Source: Escherichia phage vB_Eco_F26. From it: DNA of 64,000 nt. Under the pieces are notes generated by a model, which saw only the letters and a list, made by a program, of their open reading frames with translations, did no database searches and was not told the origin of the DNA. Position numbers and translations under genes: made by a program. Where the stretch lies: the sequence record OP870145.1. One strand, given 5' to 3'. Below, piece after piece: positions 29,092-39,526 of this stretch (position 1 is the stretch's first letter; each line of letters begins with the position of its first letter).

Positions 29092-30051
29092 TCACTTCCA
29101 CTGCATTTCGCATGCTAATTGAATGAAAAGATAAGCTAGATGCAATTCAGTATTAGCTGCAATACCATGATACTGATTATTTTCGCCGACAATTTCGTAC
29201 ATACGAATAATGCTCTGTGGAGTTACACGTGAATAGATTTCTTCGGCAAGTTTACCAACAAACCAAGAATAATCTGCTACATATTTTGGTGCTAAAGCTC
29301 TGAGTTGTTTAACATCTTTATTTTTGAGAGACTCAAGAACATCATCAATAGCACCACGATCGTTAGTAACCAGTGATAAAATACCAGCATCCAAAACACC
29401 TTTAGATGAATAACTATCGAGCTCGCCAATAGTTTTACGAAAATCAGGAAAATTCTTTTTAACCAAAGCTGCTACAACTTTCATATCAGCTATAGCAATT
29501 CCTTCATGCTTACAGATTTCAGTCAACCGACGAATCATCTGCTTCATCATTTCAATTTTATCTTCATCGGTCGGTTGACCGAATGTGATAACTCGACAGC
29601 GTGACTGAAGCGGTTTAATAATACCATCAATATTGTTAGCAGTAATAATAATACTACAGTTTGAACTATAAGCTTCCATAAAGGAACGAAGATGTCGCTG
29701 AGACTCTGCTAAACCTGAGCGGTCAAATTCATCAATAACAATTACCTTTTGACGACCATCAAATGAAGCTGCACTCGCAAAATTAGTTAAAGGACCACGA
29801 ACGAAATCAATTTTACAGTCTGATCCATTTACAAACATCATATCAGCATTTACATCATGACACAATGCTTTTGCTACAGTTGTTTTACCTGTTCCTGGAG
29901 AAGGAGAATGAAGAATAATATGTGGAATCTTACCTTTACTTGTAATAGATTTAAAGGTTTCTTTATCAAAGGCGGGAAGAATACATTCATCGATAGTAGA
30001 TGGACGATATTTCTGTTCAAGAATGTGTTCTTTTTCATTTACAGTAATCAT
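29092..30051 (-). CDS. 44: clamp loader large subunit, AAA+ ATPase (319 aa from MITVNEKEH)
   Basis: Walker [11 protein letters not shown], Walker [12 protein letters not shown] motif (QSRCRVI). Confidence 0.9.
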   Translation of the reverse strand: MITVNEKEHILEQKYRPSTIDECILPAFDKETFKSITSKGKIPHIILHSPSPGTGKTTVAKALCHDVNADMMFVNGSDCKIDFVRGPLTNFASAASFDGRQKVIVIDEFDRSGLAESQRHLRSFMEAYSSNCSIIITANNIDGIIKPLQSRCRVITFGQPTDEDKIEMMKQMIRRLTEICKHEGIAIADMKVVAALVKKNFPDFRKTIGELDSYSSKGVLDAGILSLVTNDRGAIDDVLESLKNKDVKQLRALAPKYVADYSWFVGKLAEEIYSRVTPQSIIRMYEIVGENNQYHGIAANTELHLAYLFIQLACEMQWK

Positions 30052-30084
30052 AATTTCCTCATTCAAGTTTTAGTGTAAATTATA

Positions 30085-30100
30085 AAGGGCCGAAGCCCTC
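30085..30100 (-). terminator. GC hairpin with tetraloop between genes 45 and 44
   Basis: agggc/gccct stem around cgaa. Confidence 0.4.
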
Positions 30101-30102
30101 TA

Positions 30103-30789
30103 TTAAAAATCGTGGGTAGAATCAGCTTCAAGAGCTACTACATAATTCGAGTGTTCACCTTCAAATTTAGCAGCGCCTTGTTTACCTTTTGCCCAGAGCA
30201 GAAGTTTATAATTTCCTGGTTGCATTTTCATATTTGCCATATTGATAATGAAATTAAATGTATTTTCACCATCATAATCACCAAGAGTCAAAGAATATTT
30301 AACACGGGTCAGAGCAGAATCTTCTACTTTATTAAAACCGTTAATTACGATTTTACCTTCTTTTACCGTGATAGCAATTGTATCAATTTGCAGACCACGA
30401 GATACACGCAACAGTTGTTGAAGGTCTTCAGCTTTAATTTCAGTAACAACAGATGCTACCGGGAATGGAATTGGTTTATTAGGAGCAACTACTGTACTCG
30501 GATCGGCTGCTGGCCAAAAAATTGTTGAACGAGCATCAGCAATTTTAATATTTCCATCTTCTGACTGGGAAATTTCTGCATCATCATTAACTAGAGACAG
30601 AATACCGAGAAAACCGTTCAAATCGTAAATTGCTACATCAAAATCAATAACGTCAGAAATATTTGCTTCCGCATAAGTTGTACCATTAACTGCGCGAGTC
30701 ATAATAAATTGACCGGATTTAAGCATAATACCGGAGTTAATAGTAGCGAAATTTTTAAGCAGAGCGGTAGTATCTTTAGACAGTTTCAT
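30103..30789 (-). CDS. 45: sliding clamp (228 aa)
   Basis: 228 aa; locus upstream of 44/62. Confidence 0.85.
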   Translation of the reverse strand: MKLSKDTTALLKNFATINSGIMLKSGQFIMTRAVNGTTYAEANISDVIDFDVAIYDLNGFLGILSLVNDDAEISQSEDGNIKIADARSTIFWPAADPSTVVAPNKPIPFPVASVVTEIKAEDLQQLLRVSRGLQIDTIAITVKEGKIVINGFNKVEDSALTRVKYSLTLGDYDGENTFNFIINMANMKMQPGNYKLLLWAKGKQGAAKFEGEHSNYVVALEADSTHDF

Positions 30790-30844
30790 GTAATTTCCTT
30801 CAATTCAAATGAGATTTAATTTTATAACTAATTTAATAAAGCAA

Positions 30845-31234
30845 TTAACGATTAAAATCAGCTGCGATTGTTTCGGCAACAATTTGAGCAGCAACAATCA
30901 GACGTTCATCTGCATTACCGCAATAATCATCTTCAAGGCGTTCACCACATGAAGTCATAATAAATTTAGCACCAGCATTTAGAGATTCTGCCGTATGTTT
31001 GCGCATCAGTTCAATCCATTTATCACTAACTTCACGATCGATAGCTTCATAATACGCATGACGAGCAGGTGCAGATTTAATTTTGTTCTGAATAACTTCC
31101 ATCGCGTTATCAGAAAGAGACAAAACCCATGCTCGACGAATTTTATTTTGGTTTTGTGGATTTGATTCAGAACGCACGTGTTTTGGCTGAATATCTTTTA
31201 CATCAACAGTATAATTCACGGTAATTTTAGTCAT
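30845..31234 (-). CDS. rpbA: RNA polymerase binding protein RpbA-like (129 aa)
   Basis: 129 aa; locus between 46 and 45. Confidence 0.6.
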   Translation of the reverse strand: MTKITVNYTVDVKDIQPKHVRSESNPQNQNKIRRAWVLSLSDNAMEVIQNKIKSAPARHAYYEAIDREVSDKWIELMRKHTAESLNAGAKFIMTSCGERLEDDYCGNADERLIVAAQIVAETIAADFNR

Positions 31235-31243
31235 AATACACCT

Positions 31244-31432
31244 TTAGTCATAATAATCAGTAACAGTCCAAGCTTCATTTCTGTTGGACATTATTTTCGT
31301 ATATTCTGATTTAAATGCATTCTTAAGCATAGATTCAGTAACTATATGCTCTTCATTAGAAAAATTATTTCTCAGAATATATCGTTTTATTTCAGGAATA
31401 GTTAATAGATGCTGTCCAGTTGAATATTCCAT
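31244..31432 (-). CDS. hypothetical protein (62 aa)
   Basis: ORF. Confidence 0.4.
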   Translation of the reverse strand: MEYSTGQHLLTIPEIKRYILRNNFSNEEHIVTESMLKNAFKSEYTKIMSNRNEAWTVTDYYD

Positions 31433-31487
31433 GTTTTTCCTCCATAGAGATTATACTCTAATAAATTAAAGCATAATCTCTTATAAA

Positions 31488-33170
31488 TTAAACCATTACA
31501 GTAAATCGACCGACTTTCTTCATTTGAAGATGCTGACCATATTCTTGCGGGTCATGGTCTTTATGTGAAATTATAAAAACATTAGTGTTTTTCATTGAAT
31601 TTATAATATTAGCTACACCTTTAATACCTTCGGCATCAAATGACCCGTCAAACACTTCATCGAGTATTAATGTACTAATACTAACACCAGATACAATAGA
31701 AGCAATATCACGCCAAGTAAATAAAAGAGCAATATCAATTCTTGCTTTTTCGCCTTCACTAAATGAAGCATAACTAAAATCTTCACGACCACGGGATTTA
31801 ATTGTCTCATTAAATTCTTCATCTAATGTAAACACATAATCCGCTTCCATTATTTTAAGATAATGGTTAATCTGCTTATTAAATAATGGAATGTACTTTT
31901 TAATAATAGCACCTTTAATACCAGAATCTTTGAGCATATCAGTCAAAATTCCTCGGTGGTATTTTTCCATTACTAAATTAGTTTTTGTCTTAACAATTTT
32001 ATCAAGTTCTTCTTGAAGCAGTGCTATTTCATCAGCATGGTCAATAAACTCAGAAGATGCTTTTTCTATAGCTGCTTTAACTTTTTTGGCTTTATCTACC
32101 GTCGTGATTAGAGATTGCTTTTTATTGCGAATATCATTTGCCAACGACTGTTGGGTTTTAATATTATCTCGGTATTCATCAACAAGAACTTTTAAATTAT
32201 CACGATGTGTTGAAAGCTGTTCAAACGAATGCGTACATTCAGAAACTTTATCTTTAATTTTAGAAACAACTTTATCACCGGAACTCAATTGTGACAAACA
32301 GGTTGGACATAATCCACCTTCGTGATACATATTAATGACTTTATTATACGAGTCAATTTTTGATTTAATTAAAAATGCTTCTTGACCGATTTTATTAAAT
32401 GCATCAGTTGGGTCTTCATCCAAAACAATATTAACTAATCTTTCATTAGCTTCTTCTATTTCCGATTTTAGCGTTCTAGCTTCTTTTGCCAAATCATCAT
32501 ACATATTTTGCAGACGAGTAAGGTTGTCACCCGTTAATTTTTTCTGGCGTTCAACGTTATCATTATATATTTTAATTTGTTGGATAATACTATCTTTTTT
32601 AACATCAAGCACTTGGTTCTGCGAATTTAATTCGCGTATTAGTGCTTTATTAAGCTTATCCATTTCAGCTAATGTTCCTACCTCAAGCAGGTCTTCCACA
32701 AGCTTTCTTCGTGCAGGGGTCGACAACCCCATGAAAGGGGTATACCCTGCTGTACCAAGGACAACAATCTGCTTGAAACTGGCATATGACATTCCGATAA
32801 GCTGTTCAAATTCTGCTTGGAAATCTTTACTGCTGGCAGATTCATTAAGACGTGTACCGTTAACGGTGATTTCGAAAACGTTTGGTTTTTGTCCTCTTTT
32901 GATATAATACTTTTTCTCATCATATTCCATCCACAGTTCAACTAAAAGTTCTTTCTTATTTGTGCTGTTTATTAATTGACCTTTCTTTACATCACGAAAT
33001 GGTTTGCCAAAAAGCCCAAATGTGATGGCTTCTAACATAGTAGACTTACCACCGCCATTTCGTCCAGTAATAAGAGTTTTTTGAACCTTATCTAATTGAA
33101 TGTCAACTCCATTTTGACCAACTGACATTATATTTTTATATTTTACTCTATTAAGTTTAAATGATTTCAT
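31488..33170 (-). CDS. 46: recombination endonuclease subunit gp46 (Rad50/SbcC-like), 560 aa
   Basis: Walker A GRNGGGKST, long coiled-coil with CxxC zinc hook (CPTC), C-terminal Walker B/D-loop. Confidence 0.9.
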   Translation of the reverse strand: MKSFKLNRVKYKNIMSVGQNGVDIQLDKVQKTLITGRNGGGKSTMLEAITFGLFGKPFRDVKKGQLINSTNKKELLVELWMEYDEKKYYIKRGQKPNVFEITVNGTRLNESASSKDFQAEFEQLIGMSYASFKQIVVLGTAGYTPFMGLSTPARRKLVEDLLEVGTLAEMDKLNKALIRELNSQNQVLDVKKDSIIQQIKIYNDNVERQKKLTGDNLTRLQNMYDDLAKEARTLKSEIEEANERLVNIVLDEDPTDAFNKIGQEAFLIKSKIDSYNKVINMYHEGGLCPTCLSQLSSGDKVVSKIKDKVSECTHSFEQLSTHRDNLKVLVDEYRDNIKTQQSLANDIRNKKQSLITTVDKAKKVKAAIEKASSEFIDHADEIALLQEELDKIVKTKTNLVMEKYHRGILTDMLKDSGIKGAIIKKYIPLFNKQINHYLKIMEADYVFTLDEEFNETIKSRGREDFSYASFSEGEKARIDIALLFTWRDIASIVSGVSISTLILDEVFDGSFDAEGIKGVANIINSMKNTNVFIISHKDHDPQEYGQHLQMKKVGRFTVMV

Positions 33171-33185
33171 TTTGTATCCAATTGT

Positions 33186-34040
33186 TCACAATGAAGAAAA
33201 TTCTTTAACTAAAGCCTGTAATGAAGCCTCTATTGGATATCCATTCTTAACTAACATTTTCCTAAACATCACATGTTTAGGACGATTATATGATATCCAC
33301 AATTCATACAATTTATCTTTATTATCCCAATGATAGCCTTTTCGTCGAGATGCTATATGAGCTTTTCTAATCTCCGGATTTTTCCAACTAGCAGCTACTG
33401 AATTTGATATAGCTATTTTATATTCAGGTTTTGATAAAGCAGCACGAACAGCCTTTTGGTGTTTAATTTTATTTTCTTCGTTATTAAACCATTCCCTTGA
33501 AGCCATTGAAATTTTTTGTTTTGTTTTAAAATTATTTAATCTTTCTTTGTTATCTTTCCTATTTTTTGCTACTGAAAAATATTTTAATGCCCTTTCTCTA
33601 GCAGCATTTCTATTTTGCGGATTTGAATAATATTGTTGAAGCCTTTTTGATATTGTGTCACTTACATCTTGTTTTATAAAACTATATTCAGCAGCTATTA
33701 AATCAACTTCGGCTAAAGATAAATTTTTATATGTTTTTCCTGACATCATTCTATTTAAAGCATTTAGCATTTTTCCATTTTTACCTTTTGCTAATAAGAA
33801 ATGTGCTTTAAAATGATTAAAATGACTTAAATTAACTAAATTCCATGTAGATTTTAAATATTCAGGAAATATTGATTTAGGAAGCACGTGATGTGCTTCC
33901 GTTTTACCTGGAGTTTTAACAGTTGAATTCATAGAAATAAAATTAATATAAGACTTGGCGTCTTCTTCACTCAACGCTAATTTTTCAACTAATTCCTTTA
34001 TTAAAAATTCATCATTAAGGTCAAGTTTAAAATTCTTCAC
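33186..34040 (-). mobile_element. HNH homing endonuclease (284 aa) inserted between genes 46 and 47
   Basis: HNH motif EAHHVLPKS...NLVNLSHFNHFKAHF; basic C-terminal DNA-binding repeats. Confidence 0.7.
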
Positions 34041-34300
34041 AAAAGATTCCTTTTAATGTATCTTTTAGACCATTCTATCATATCATCATAATCTAAAAAG
34101 TATTCATCAAATTCAGCCATGCAAACAACACCTTGTGCTGCTTTTGATGTGATATAAATTATTCCAACATATCTAGAATCTTCTTCGGTATAATCAATAT
34201 TTGCTATGAATTCATCATTAATGTCAAATGTCGAAAACTTCACAATACGCATCCTTAATACAAGATACAGCCATATCTTGTAATGATTTAGGTGTGTCAT
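34037..34300 (-). CDS. hypothetical protein (87 aa)
   Basis: ORF. Confidence 0.4.
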   Translation of the reverse strand: MTHLNHYKIWLYLVLRMRIVKFSTFDINDEFIANIDYTEEDSRYVGIIYITSKAAQGVVCMAEFDEYFLDYDDMIEWSKRYIKRNLL

Positions 34301-34487
34301 TATCTAAAATGTTGAAGTTAAAAGATACAGCCCAGTCAGTGCAGACCGTAACCTTTTTAATACAATTATCTTCAACCTCTAACGGTTCAAACCAATATTC
34401 AATAATTTCTTTATGACCAATATCATCTTTTACTTCGCATTCAAAATGCTGACTCATCATAACATTTTTAAATTCATCAAAAGTCAT
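34224..34487 (-). CDS. hypothetical protein (87 aa)
   Basis: ORF overlapping neighbours. Confidence 0.35.
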   Translation of the reverse strand: MTFDEFKNVMMSQHFECEVKDDIGHKEIIEYWFEPLEVEDNCIKKVTVCTDWAVSFNFNILDNDTPKSLQDMAVSCIKDAYCEVFDI

Positions 34488-35503
34488 TGTGTTGCCTCTA
34501 CATATAGCTGATTTGCATATTGAATAAGTGCTTCACGATCAGAATCAGTGATGTCTGGAATTGCATTAATGTATTCTTCCATCAACGTCTGAAGAGATTG
34601 AACTTCAACTTCTTCACTGTCATCTGACTCGACAGAGTTATCAATCTTTGACACAACTCGTAATGAATGCACAACTTTTTCTAGTTCAGATTCGAACTTC
34701 GTTAGATTTTTGTCTACTTCAGTTACTATAACACGTACTGATAGATTTGTAAAATCTTTATAGTCAATTTTTCCTTTAAATGGATAATGAATTCTACGAT
34801 GCCAGGTAGTGTTGTTTGGAATAAATTCCATTCGTTCTGTTTCTGTATCAAACATCCAGAACCCACGAGGGTCATTCTCGTCACCTGCAGTTAGTGTCCA
34901 TGGTGTCCCAATATATCTGACGTTAGCAGCCTCAGAGATAGTATGGAAGTGACCAGACCACACTTCTTTATAAGTCTTAAGGAAATCAGGTTCAAGACCG
35001 TGAGATTTCATTCCTTTATAAAAATAAAATCCGTTCAGTTCCCAGTGACCAACACAAAAAGAAGCAGATGAAGTTTTGATGTGTTCAAGAATTTCACCAG
35101 TATTTTCTTCACACATCCAAGGAATCAAATCAATCAAACACCCGTCAAAATCTACTGTAGTAGGCTTATCATATACTTTAACATTAGGATATTTAGCCAA
35201 AAGCTCAGTAGAGGCATTTGGATGCATTACATTTTTATAGTGGAGATCGTGATTTCCTACAATAGTGTGTAATGTAATTCCAGCATCATCAAGCGTTTGA
35301 ACTATTTCACGGGCAAACTCCATAGTTTTATGTGTGATCGCTTTTCTCACATCAAAAATATCACCATATTGAATCCAGGTAGTAATTCCATTTTTCTTAG
35401 AATATTCTATTGCTTGTTTAATTCCATCAATTTGAATACCGCGAATCCACTCATCATCAGCTTTAACGCCTAAATGCCAATCACCCAAGTTTAGTATTTT
35501 CAT
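34484..35503 (-). CDS. 47: recombination nuclease subunit gp47 (Mre11/SbcD-like), 339 aa
   Basis: Calcineurin-like phosphoesterase motifs GDWHLG, GNHD; 339 aa. Confidence 0.9.
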   Translation of the reverse strand: MKILNLGDWHLGVKADDEWIRGIQIDGIKQAIEYSKKNGITTWIQYGDIFDVRKAITHKTMEFAREIVQTLDDAGITLHTIVGNHDLHYKNVMHPNASTELLAKYPNVKVYDKPTTVDFDGCLIDLIPWMCEENTGEILEHIKTSSASFCVGHWELNGFYFYKGMKSHGLEPDFLKTYKEVWSGHFHTISEAANVRYIGTPWTLTAGDENDPRGFWMFDTETERMEFIPNNTTWHRRIHYPFKGKIDYKDFTNLSVRVIVTEVDKNLTKFESELEKVVHSLRVVSKIDNSVESDDSEEVEVQSLQTLMEEYINAIPDITDSDREALIQYANQLYVEATQ

Positions 35504-36104
35504 GGTGTCTTTTCCATCCTAATTTAGCTGCTTTTGAAACTAGTTCTTTAATTTTTCCTTTTGTCCATTCAGGACCAGGAGGTTCATGACATAACATTTG
35601 CTTAACTCCGTTATTATACCATTTTTTACCTTTATTATGTGATGAAGCTTTAAATTTATTTGACCTTCCTTTTACATAACCTTCTGGAATATAAGGCAAA
35701 AAGGCAGATTTTCCTGTTAATGGATCATGTGAATGTATATTTCCTTTACAATTATGAGAACCATATAATGGATGATTTTGTCCTTTGTTATCTCTTCCAA
35801 ATGAACCTTTTGGAGCAGCATATGACATATTAAAGAATAATGGATTTTTAACTGCATCATGCAATCGTTGATAATATAACTCGCATTTAATAGCTTCTTC
35901 ACGCGTATCAAATTCAGCTAAAATGCATGAATCAAATAAGTGAGGATTATCTGAAAGCTCTTTATTATAAATTTTCTTATACTTTTTAGATAAAACTGAA
36001 CCATGATATCCAGCTAAATGCCTATCTAAAGACGTAGATCCAATATAAAAAGGAGGAAGTTTATCTCCACTATATATTGTTAAATAAGTTATATATTTTT
36101 TCAT
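35481..36104 (-). mobile_element. GIY-YIG-like endonuclease (207 aa) between gene 47 and alpha-gt
   Basis: N-terminal YITYL...PPFYIGSTS (GIY-YIG-like), NUMOD3-like repeats (NHPLYGSHN). Confidence 0.5.
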
Positions 36105-36264
36105 ATATCAAGAACCGTCATTGAAATGCAAAATAAAATTATTGAAATAAATCCATCTGGAGTGCTAAAGAACCCAATCCAACATGCTCTAGTGAATAGA
36201 TAAAATGCAAGAAAAAGTATCACATATCCAAGAAATATCATTATATCAAACTCCGTATAAAGCT

Positions 36265-36282
36265 AAAGGGCCGAAGCCCTTT
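36265..36282 (-). terminator. GC hairpin with tetraloop overlapping alpha-gt stop; followed by MotA-box-like + TATAAT
   Basis: aaagggc/gcccttt stem around cgaa; downstream TAGCTTTA-N12-TATAAT. Confidence 0.45.
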
Positions 36283-37483
36283 ATTTTGTAATAATGTCAA
36301 ACTGTTCTTTAAAGCAGAAGCTTGAATCTTGATGCTGATACAAAAATTCATACGCTTTTTCTCGCTCACGGTCATAAAGAGCTCGGTCAGATGACAGTTC
36401 TTTAATACGTTCAAATGTTGATTCCATGTCATTTTCATCAAACCAAACGATACCGCTATCGTGTGAAATTAATGGAGTGTTATCAACACGGAATTTTAAA
36501 TTTTCGCCAGTAGATTTCCAAAATACTGGAATTGTTCCACATGCGCCAAGCTCGAGATGAGTATATTCTAAAGAACGTTGTAGATATTTTTTATCTAATT
36601 TACTCAGCTGATAACCAAATCCGGATTTACTCATGCGTTCAAGCATTTCGCTATTTACATAACGGTCGAGAATTTGCGTTGGCAAATTAGGAGCAATTTT
36701 AATTTGGTCTACTTGATGAAGACGATAATACTCGTATGGAATTCCTTTTTCTTTAATAGGAATGAACGCTGGAGAACGTTCCAGACCTTCCATAATAGTA
36801 CTTAGTCCTGCAGGTTTAAGATGTTTTTCATGAAAATCAAACATCTGATAAAAGCCTTTCCATGTAGTAGTACGACCAATCCAACGGTTGATATTCATGT
36901 TAATTTCAGAAACATCTTTCCAGTAGGTTGACCGAACCTTCGCAATATCCATAGGAGGCTGAAAATTATATACTGTTGGTGCTTCTTCAATATCATCAAA
37001 CAGAGAAACAGTTTCTGGATACCATTCTTTCATCAGAACTTTATTAAAATCGCCATTATCAGAATGACTAAAAATAACATCAGCTCGACGAACAGTTTCT
37101 TCTAATCCCAAATTTCGACGCAAAGAAAGAACAGAATGATCATGCTGATAAACTACAACACGAATAGAAGGTTTAATATTATCTAAAAGTTTTTTATAGT
37201 TATTAATCGTGGCTTCTTGAACGGAAGTAGCAGGAACAGAATTAATAATTAGAATATCACAATCATTTACCAGCTTAAGTGTTTTATCGTATTCTTTAGC
37301 TAAAATAACTGGAATTGAAAATGATTTATAATCATGCGCGCAATTACGGGTAAATGATTTATCTTTAGCATAAACCAAAGTTACTTCATGACCATTTTTA
37401 ATAAACCAATCACGCTGCTCAAGAGAAAATTTAGTTACACCGCAACCTTCAAGACCCCGAGCCAGAAAAATGCATACTTTCAT
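36281..37483 (-). CDS. a-gt: alpha-glucosyltransferase (400 aa)
   Basis: 400 aa; locus between 47 and 55; GT-B-like architecture. Confidence 0.75.
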   Translation of the reverse strand: MKVCIFLARGLEGCGVTKFSLEQRDWFIKNGHEVTLVYAKDKSFTRNCAHDYKSFSIPVILAKEYDKTLKLVNDCDILIINSVPATSVQEATINNYKKLLDNIKPSIRVVVYQHDHSVLSLRRNLGLEETVRRADVIFSHSDNGDFNKVLMKEWYPETVSLFDDIEEAPTVYNFQPPMDIAKVRSTYWKDVSEINMNINRWIGRTTTWKGFYQMFDFHEKHLKPAGLSTIMEGLERSPAFIPIKEKGIPYEYYRLHQVDQIKIAPNLPTQILDRYVNSEMLERMSKSGFGYQLSKLDKKYLQRSLEYTHLELGACGTIPVFWKSTGENLKFRVDNTPLISHDSGIVWFDENDMESTFERIKELSSDRALYDREREKAYEFLYQHQDSSFCFKEQFDIITK

Positions 37484-37505
37484 TTAATATCCTCTTTGTT
37501 TTGGT

Positions 37506-37533
37506 TTATTTTATCAAAAAATTTATAAAGCAA
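37506..37533 (-). promoter_or_regulatory. middle promoter (MotA box TTGCTTTA, 12-nt spacer, TAAAAT) upstream of alpha-gt
   Basis: Minus-strand TTGCTTTA then -10-like TAAAAT, followed by SD GAGGA and alpha-gt ATG. Confidence 0.5.
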
Positions 37534-37534
37534 T

Positions 37535-37554
37535 ATAGGAGCCGAAGCTCCTAT
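37535..37554 (-). terminator. GC hairpin with tetraloop (UAGGAGC-UUCG-GCUCCUA)
   Basis: 8-bp inverted repeat around cgaa. Confidence 0.45.
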
Positions 37555-37742
37555 CCACATAATACGCCATACAGAGGCTCATTAGAACTTTTAAATTTTA
37601 TGCGCCTATATGTTATAGTTCCTTCTGCTTTAGCTTTATCATGAGACTCTTTAAAGCGTCTCATCATTTCCTCTTTAGAGGAACGAATTTTATTATAATC
37701 TATTTCAGAAGTCTGGTGTTCATCTTTCATAACTGCCACCAT
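37551..37742 (-). CDS. hypothetical protein (63 aa)
   Basis: ORF. Confidence 0.4.
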   Translation of the reverse strand: MVAVMKDEHQTSEIDYNKIRSSKEEMMRRFKESHDKAKAEGTITYRRIKFKSSNEPLYGVLCG

Positions 37743-37933
37743 TTTTTGACTTGATAAGAATCAACCCACACTTTCATATTAGGGTCTGCTCTTACAATAG
37801 GAGGATTAACTTCTTTAATTGAACTATCATGGTATTCTTTTTCAGAAATTTTCACACAAAGATGACCATTCAAAGATTCAGTAAATCCTGCATTAATTTT
37901 AAGACGCTTGAATTTTACGTGTGTAAGCATCAA
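37727..37933 (-). CDS. hypothetical protein (68 aa)
   Basis: ORF. Confidence 0.4.
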   Translation of the reverse strand: MMLTHVKFKRLKINAGFTESLNGHLCVKISEKEYHDSSIKEVNPPIVRADPNMKVWVDSYQVKKWWQL

Positions 37934-38216
37934 TCATATCCTCAATTTGCGATCTAGTAGTCTTCCAAAGAATACTGATGAGTTCATCGTTATATGGCTG
38001 TTTTAGAATATCCCGACTTTTCTTGATAGCATATTCGTATTGAGCAAAATTATTGTTTTCAGCTGCGATCTGAGCGTGCTTATAAAGACGATTCAGTTCG
38101 CGTTTGTTTTTAGACAATAACTTATTTGCTTTTCTTTCTGCTTCAAGACGGTTCTTTTCTTCAATAGAAGAAATAAGCTTTTCCACTTCATCATTAATTT
38201 CGGGTTTATCAGTCAT
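37899..38216 (-). CDS. hypothetical protein (105 aa), coiled-coil
   Basis: ORF. Confidence 0.4.
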   Translation of the reverse strand: MTDKPEINDEVEKLISSIEEKNRLEAERKANKLLSKNKRELNRLYKHAQIAAENNNFAQYEYAIKKSRDILKQPYNDELISILWKTTRSQIEDMIDAYTRKIQAS

Positions 38217-38217
38217 A

Positions 38218-38436
38218 TTATTTCTCTAATATAAAATAAAAATCATCATCTGTTAAATGATACCTGTAATTTAATTCTACACCATTAGATTTAAAAGCGG
38301 TATCATACGGATTTTCTGGATCAATATCAATGTCAAGAGCTAAAACTTCCCTGAGATACATTTTAAGTAAATAGGGAATAGCTTCAACTTCAGGTATTTC
38401 TTCCAAGAATCCGGAGAGGTTAATCGTTAGCCTCAT
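38218..38436 (-). CDS. hypothetical protein (72 aa)
   Basis: ORF. Confidence 0.4.
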
Positions 38437-38977
38437 ATAAAAAATCCAAACTAGGAGAATCGTCTACAACACTTTTCTTTTCAGCCCCCGGTGTTCTATA
38501 GGTTGATTCTTCGTAATGCGTCATTTTATCGTAGATGTCTTGAATAAAAGTTTCATCCACTAACGCAACCATATCGTCGTCACGACTGTCATAGACATTG
38601 TGAACGAAGTAACTATATTTCTTTGCAACTTCCTTACGTTCTTTTTTAATACGTTGGACGAATGCATTAAAACAAGCTTGAGTTATATATGCATGTGGGT
38701 TTTTATATTTCGTTTCATCAAAATTATGAAGCCCCTTAATAGAAGCTTCTATACCATCTGCAATCATTTCTTGTTTCCAAGACTGGGTATATCCTGAAAA
38801 GTTGAAACGTTTAGATAAGCCTTCTGCAATAAGCATAATGGCTAATCCGATAGTATCATTCTGACGAACTACTTTATTTGGGTCTTTATTATTTGCTAAT
38901 TCTGTTTTCCAATCAATAATAGCCTGTAAAAGCTCTTTATTGTTTACGTAATTATATTTAGGCTTAGTTTCTGACAT
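38420..38977 (-). CDS. 55: late-transcription sigma factor gp55 (185 aa from MSETKPKY)
   Basis: Sequence [24 protein letters not shown]... matches recalled T4 gp55; 185 aa. Confidence 0.85.
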
Positions 38978-38983
38978 TTTCAC

Positions 38984-39308
38984 CTCTTAGCTCAATTCAT
39001 AGATCTATTATATCATAATATTTGAAGATCTATCTTAAAGCATAGAGGATATCAGTTATCTAAGTAAGCAGTATGCTTGGAACACTTTCTCCATCATCTT
39101 TTTAAATTCATGAATATCTATGTAATGATCATTAATATCAGCGCGATATAAAAAGTCTAAAAACTTTTTATGGGTATTAGAGTTAATTCAGAAACATGGC
39201 TTTCCCAATATCCAACACCAGTTTTATTTGGGAAAAATGAAATTTTCATGTATTGGTCAACATAGAAAATACCAAAATTTTCAATAGCAATAGAAATATT
39301 AATTAATT
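38984..39308 (-). pseudogene. possible decayed gene remnant (short ORF fragments in shifting frames)
   Basis: 325-bp gap in otherwise compact coding; minus-strand 52-codon ORF from 39306 with further in-frame-like fragments after stops. Confidence 0.25.
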
Positions 39309-39524
39309 TCATACATTCATCAACTTAGCCGCTTCAAGAGCTGCATCTAGTGAATCAAATTGGTCAACATATTCAATCAATTCGCCATAATTGGCATATA
39401 ACCACCATTGGCTAAATTCATACTCAAGGATGAATCCGTTTCCTTCAATTTGAGTTAAACCAATGCCATTTGTATTTACTTCATATCCAGCAAGACGCAA
39501 ATCGTTAATAAGAGCTTCGTTCAT
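39309..39524 (-). CDS. hypothetical protein (71 aa)
   Basis: ORF. Confidence 0.4.
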   Translation of the reverse strand: MNEALINDLRLAGYEVNTNGIGLTQIEGNGFILEYEFSQWWLYANYGELIEYVDQFDSLDAALEAAKLMNV

Positions 39525-39526
39525 AA

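Noticed and set aside
30112-30528. Plus-strand 138-aa ORF opposite the sliding clamp gene
   Set aside because: Antisense to gene 45 with no start signals; Cys/Phe-rich low-complexity translation.
32086-32941. Several ORFs on both strands within gene 46
   Set aside because: Embedded in the Rad50-like coiled-coil gene; alternative frames of AT-rich repetitive coding sequence.
36241-36441. 66-aa ORF overlapping the 3' end of alpha-gt
   Set aside because: Out-of-frame overlap within a well-supported gene; no independent signals.
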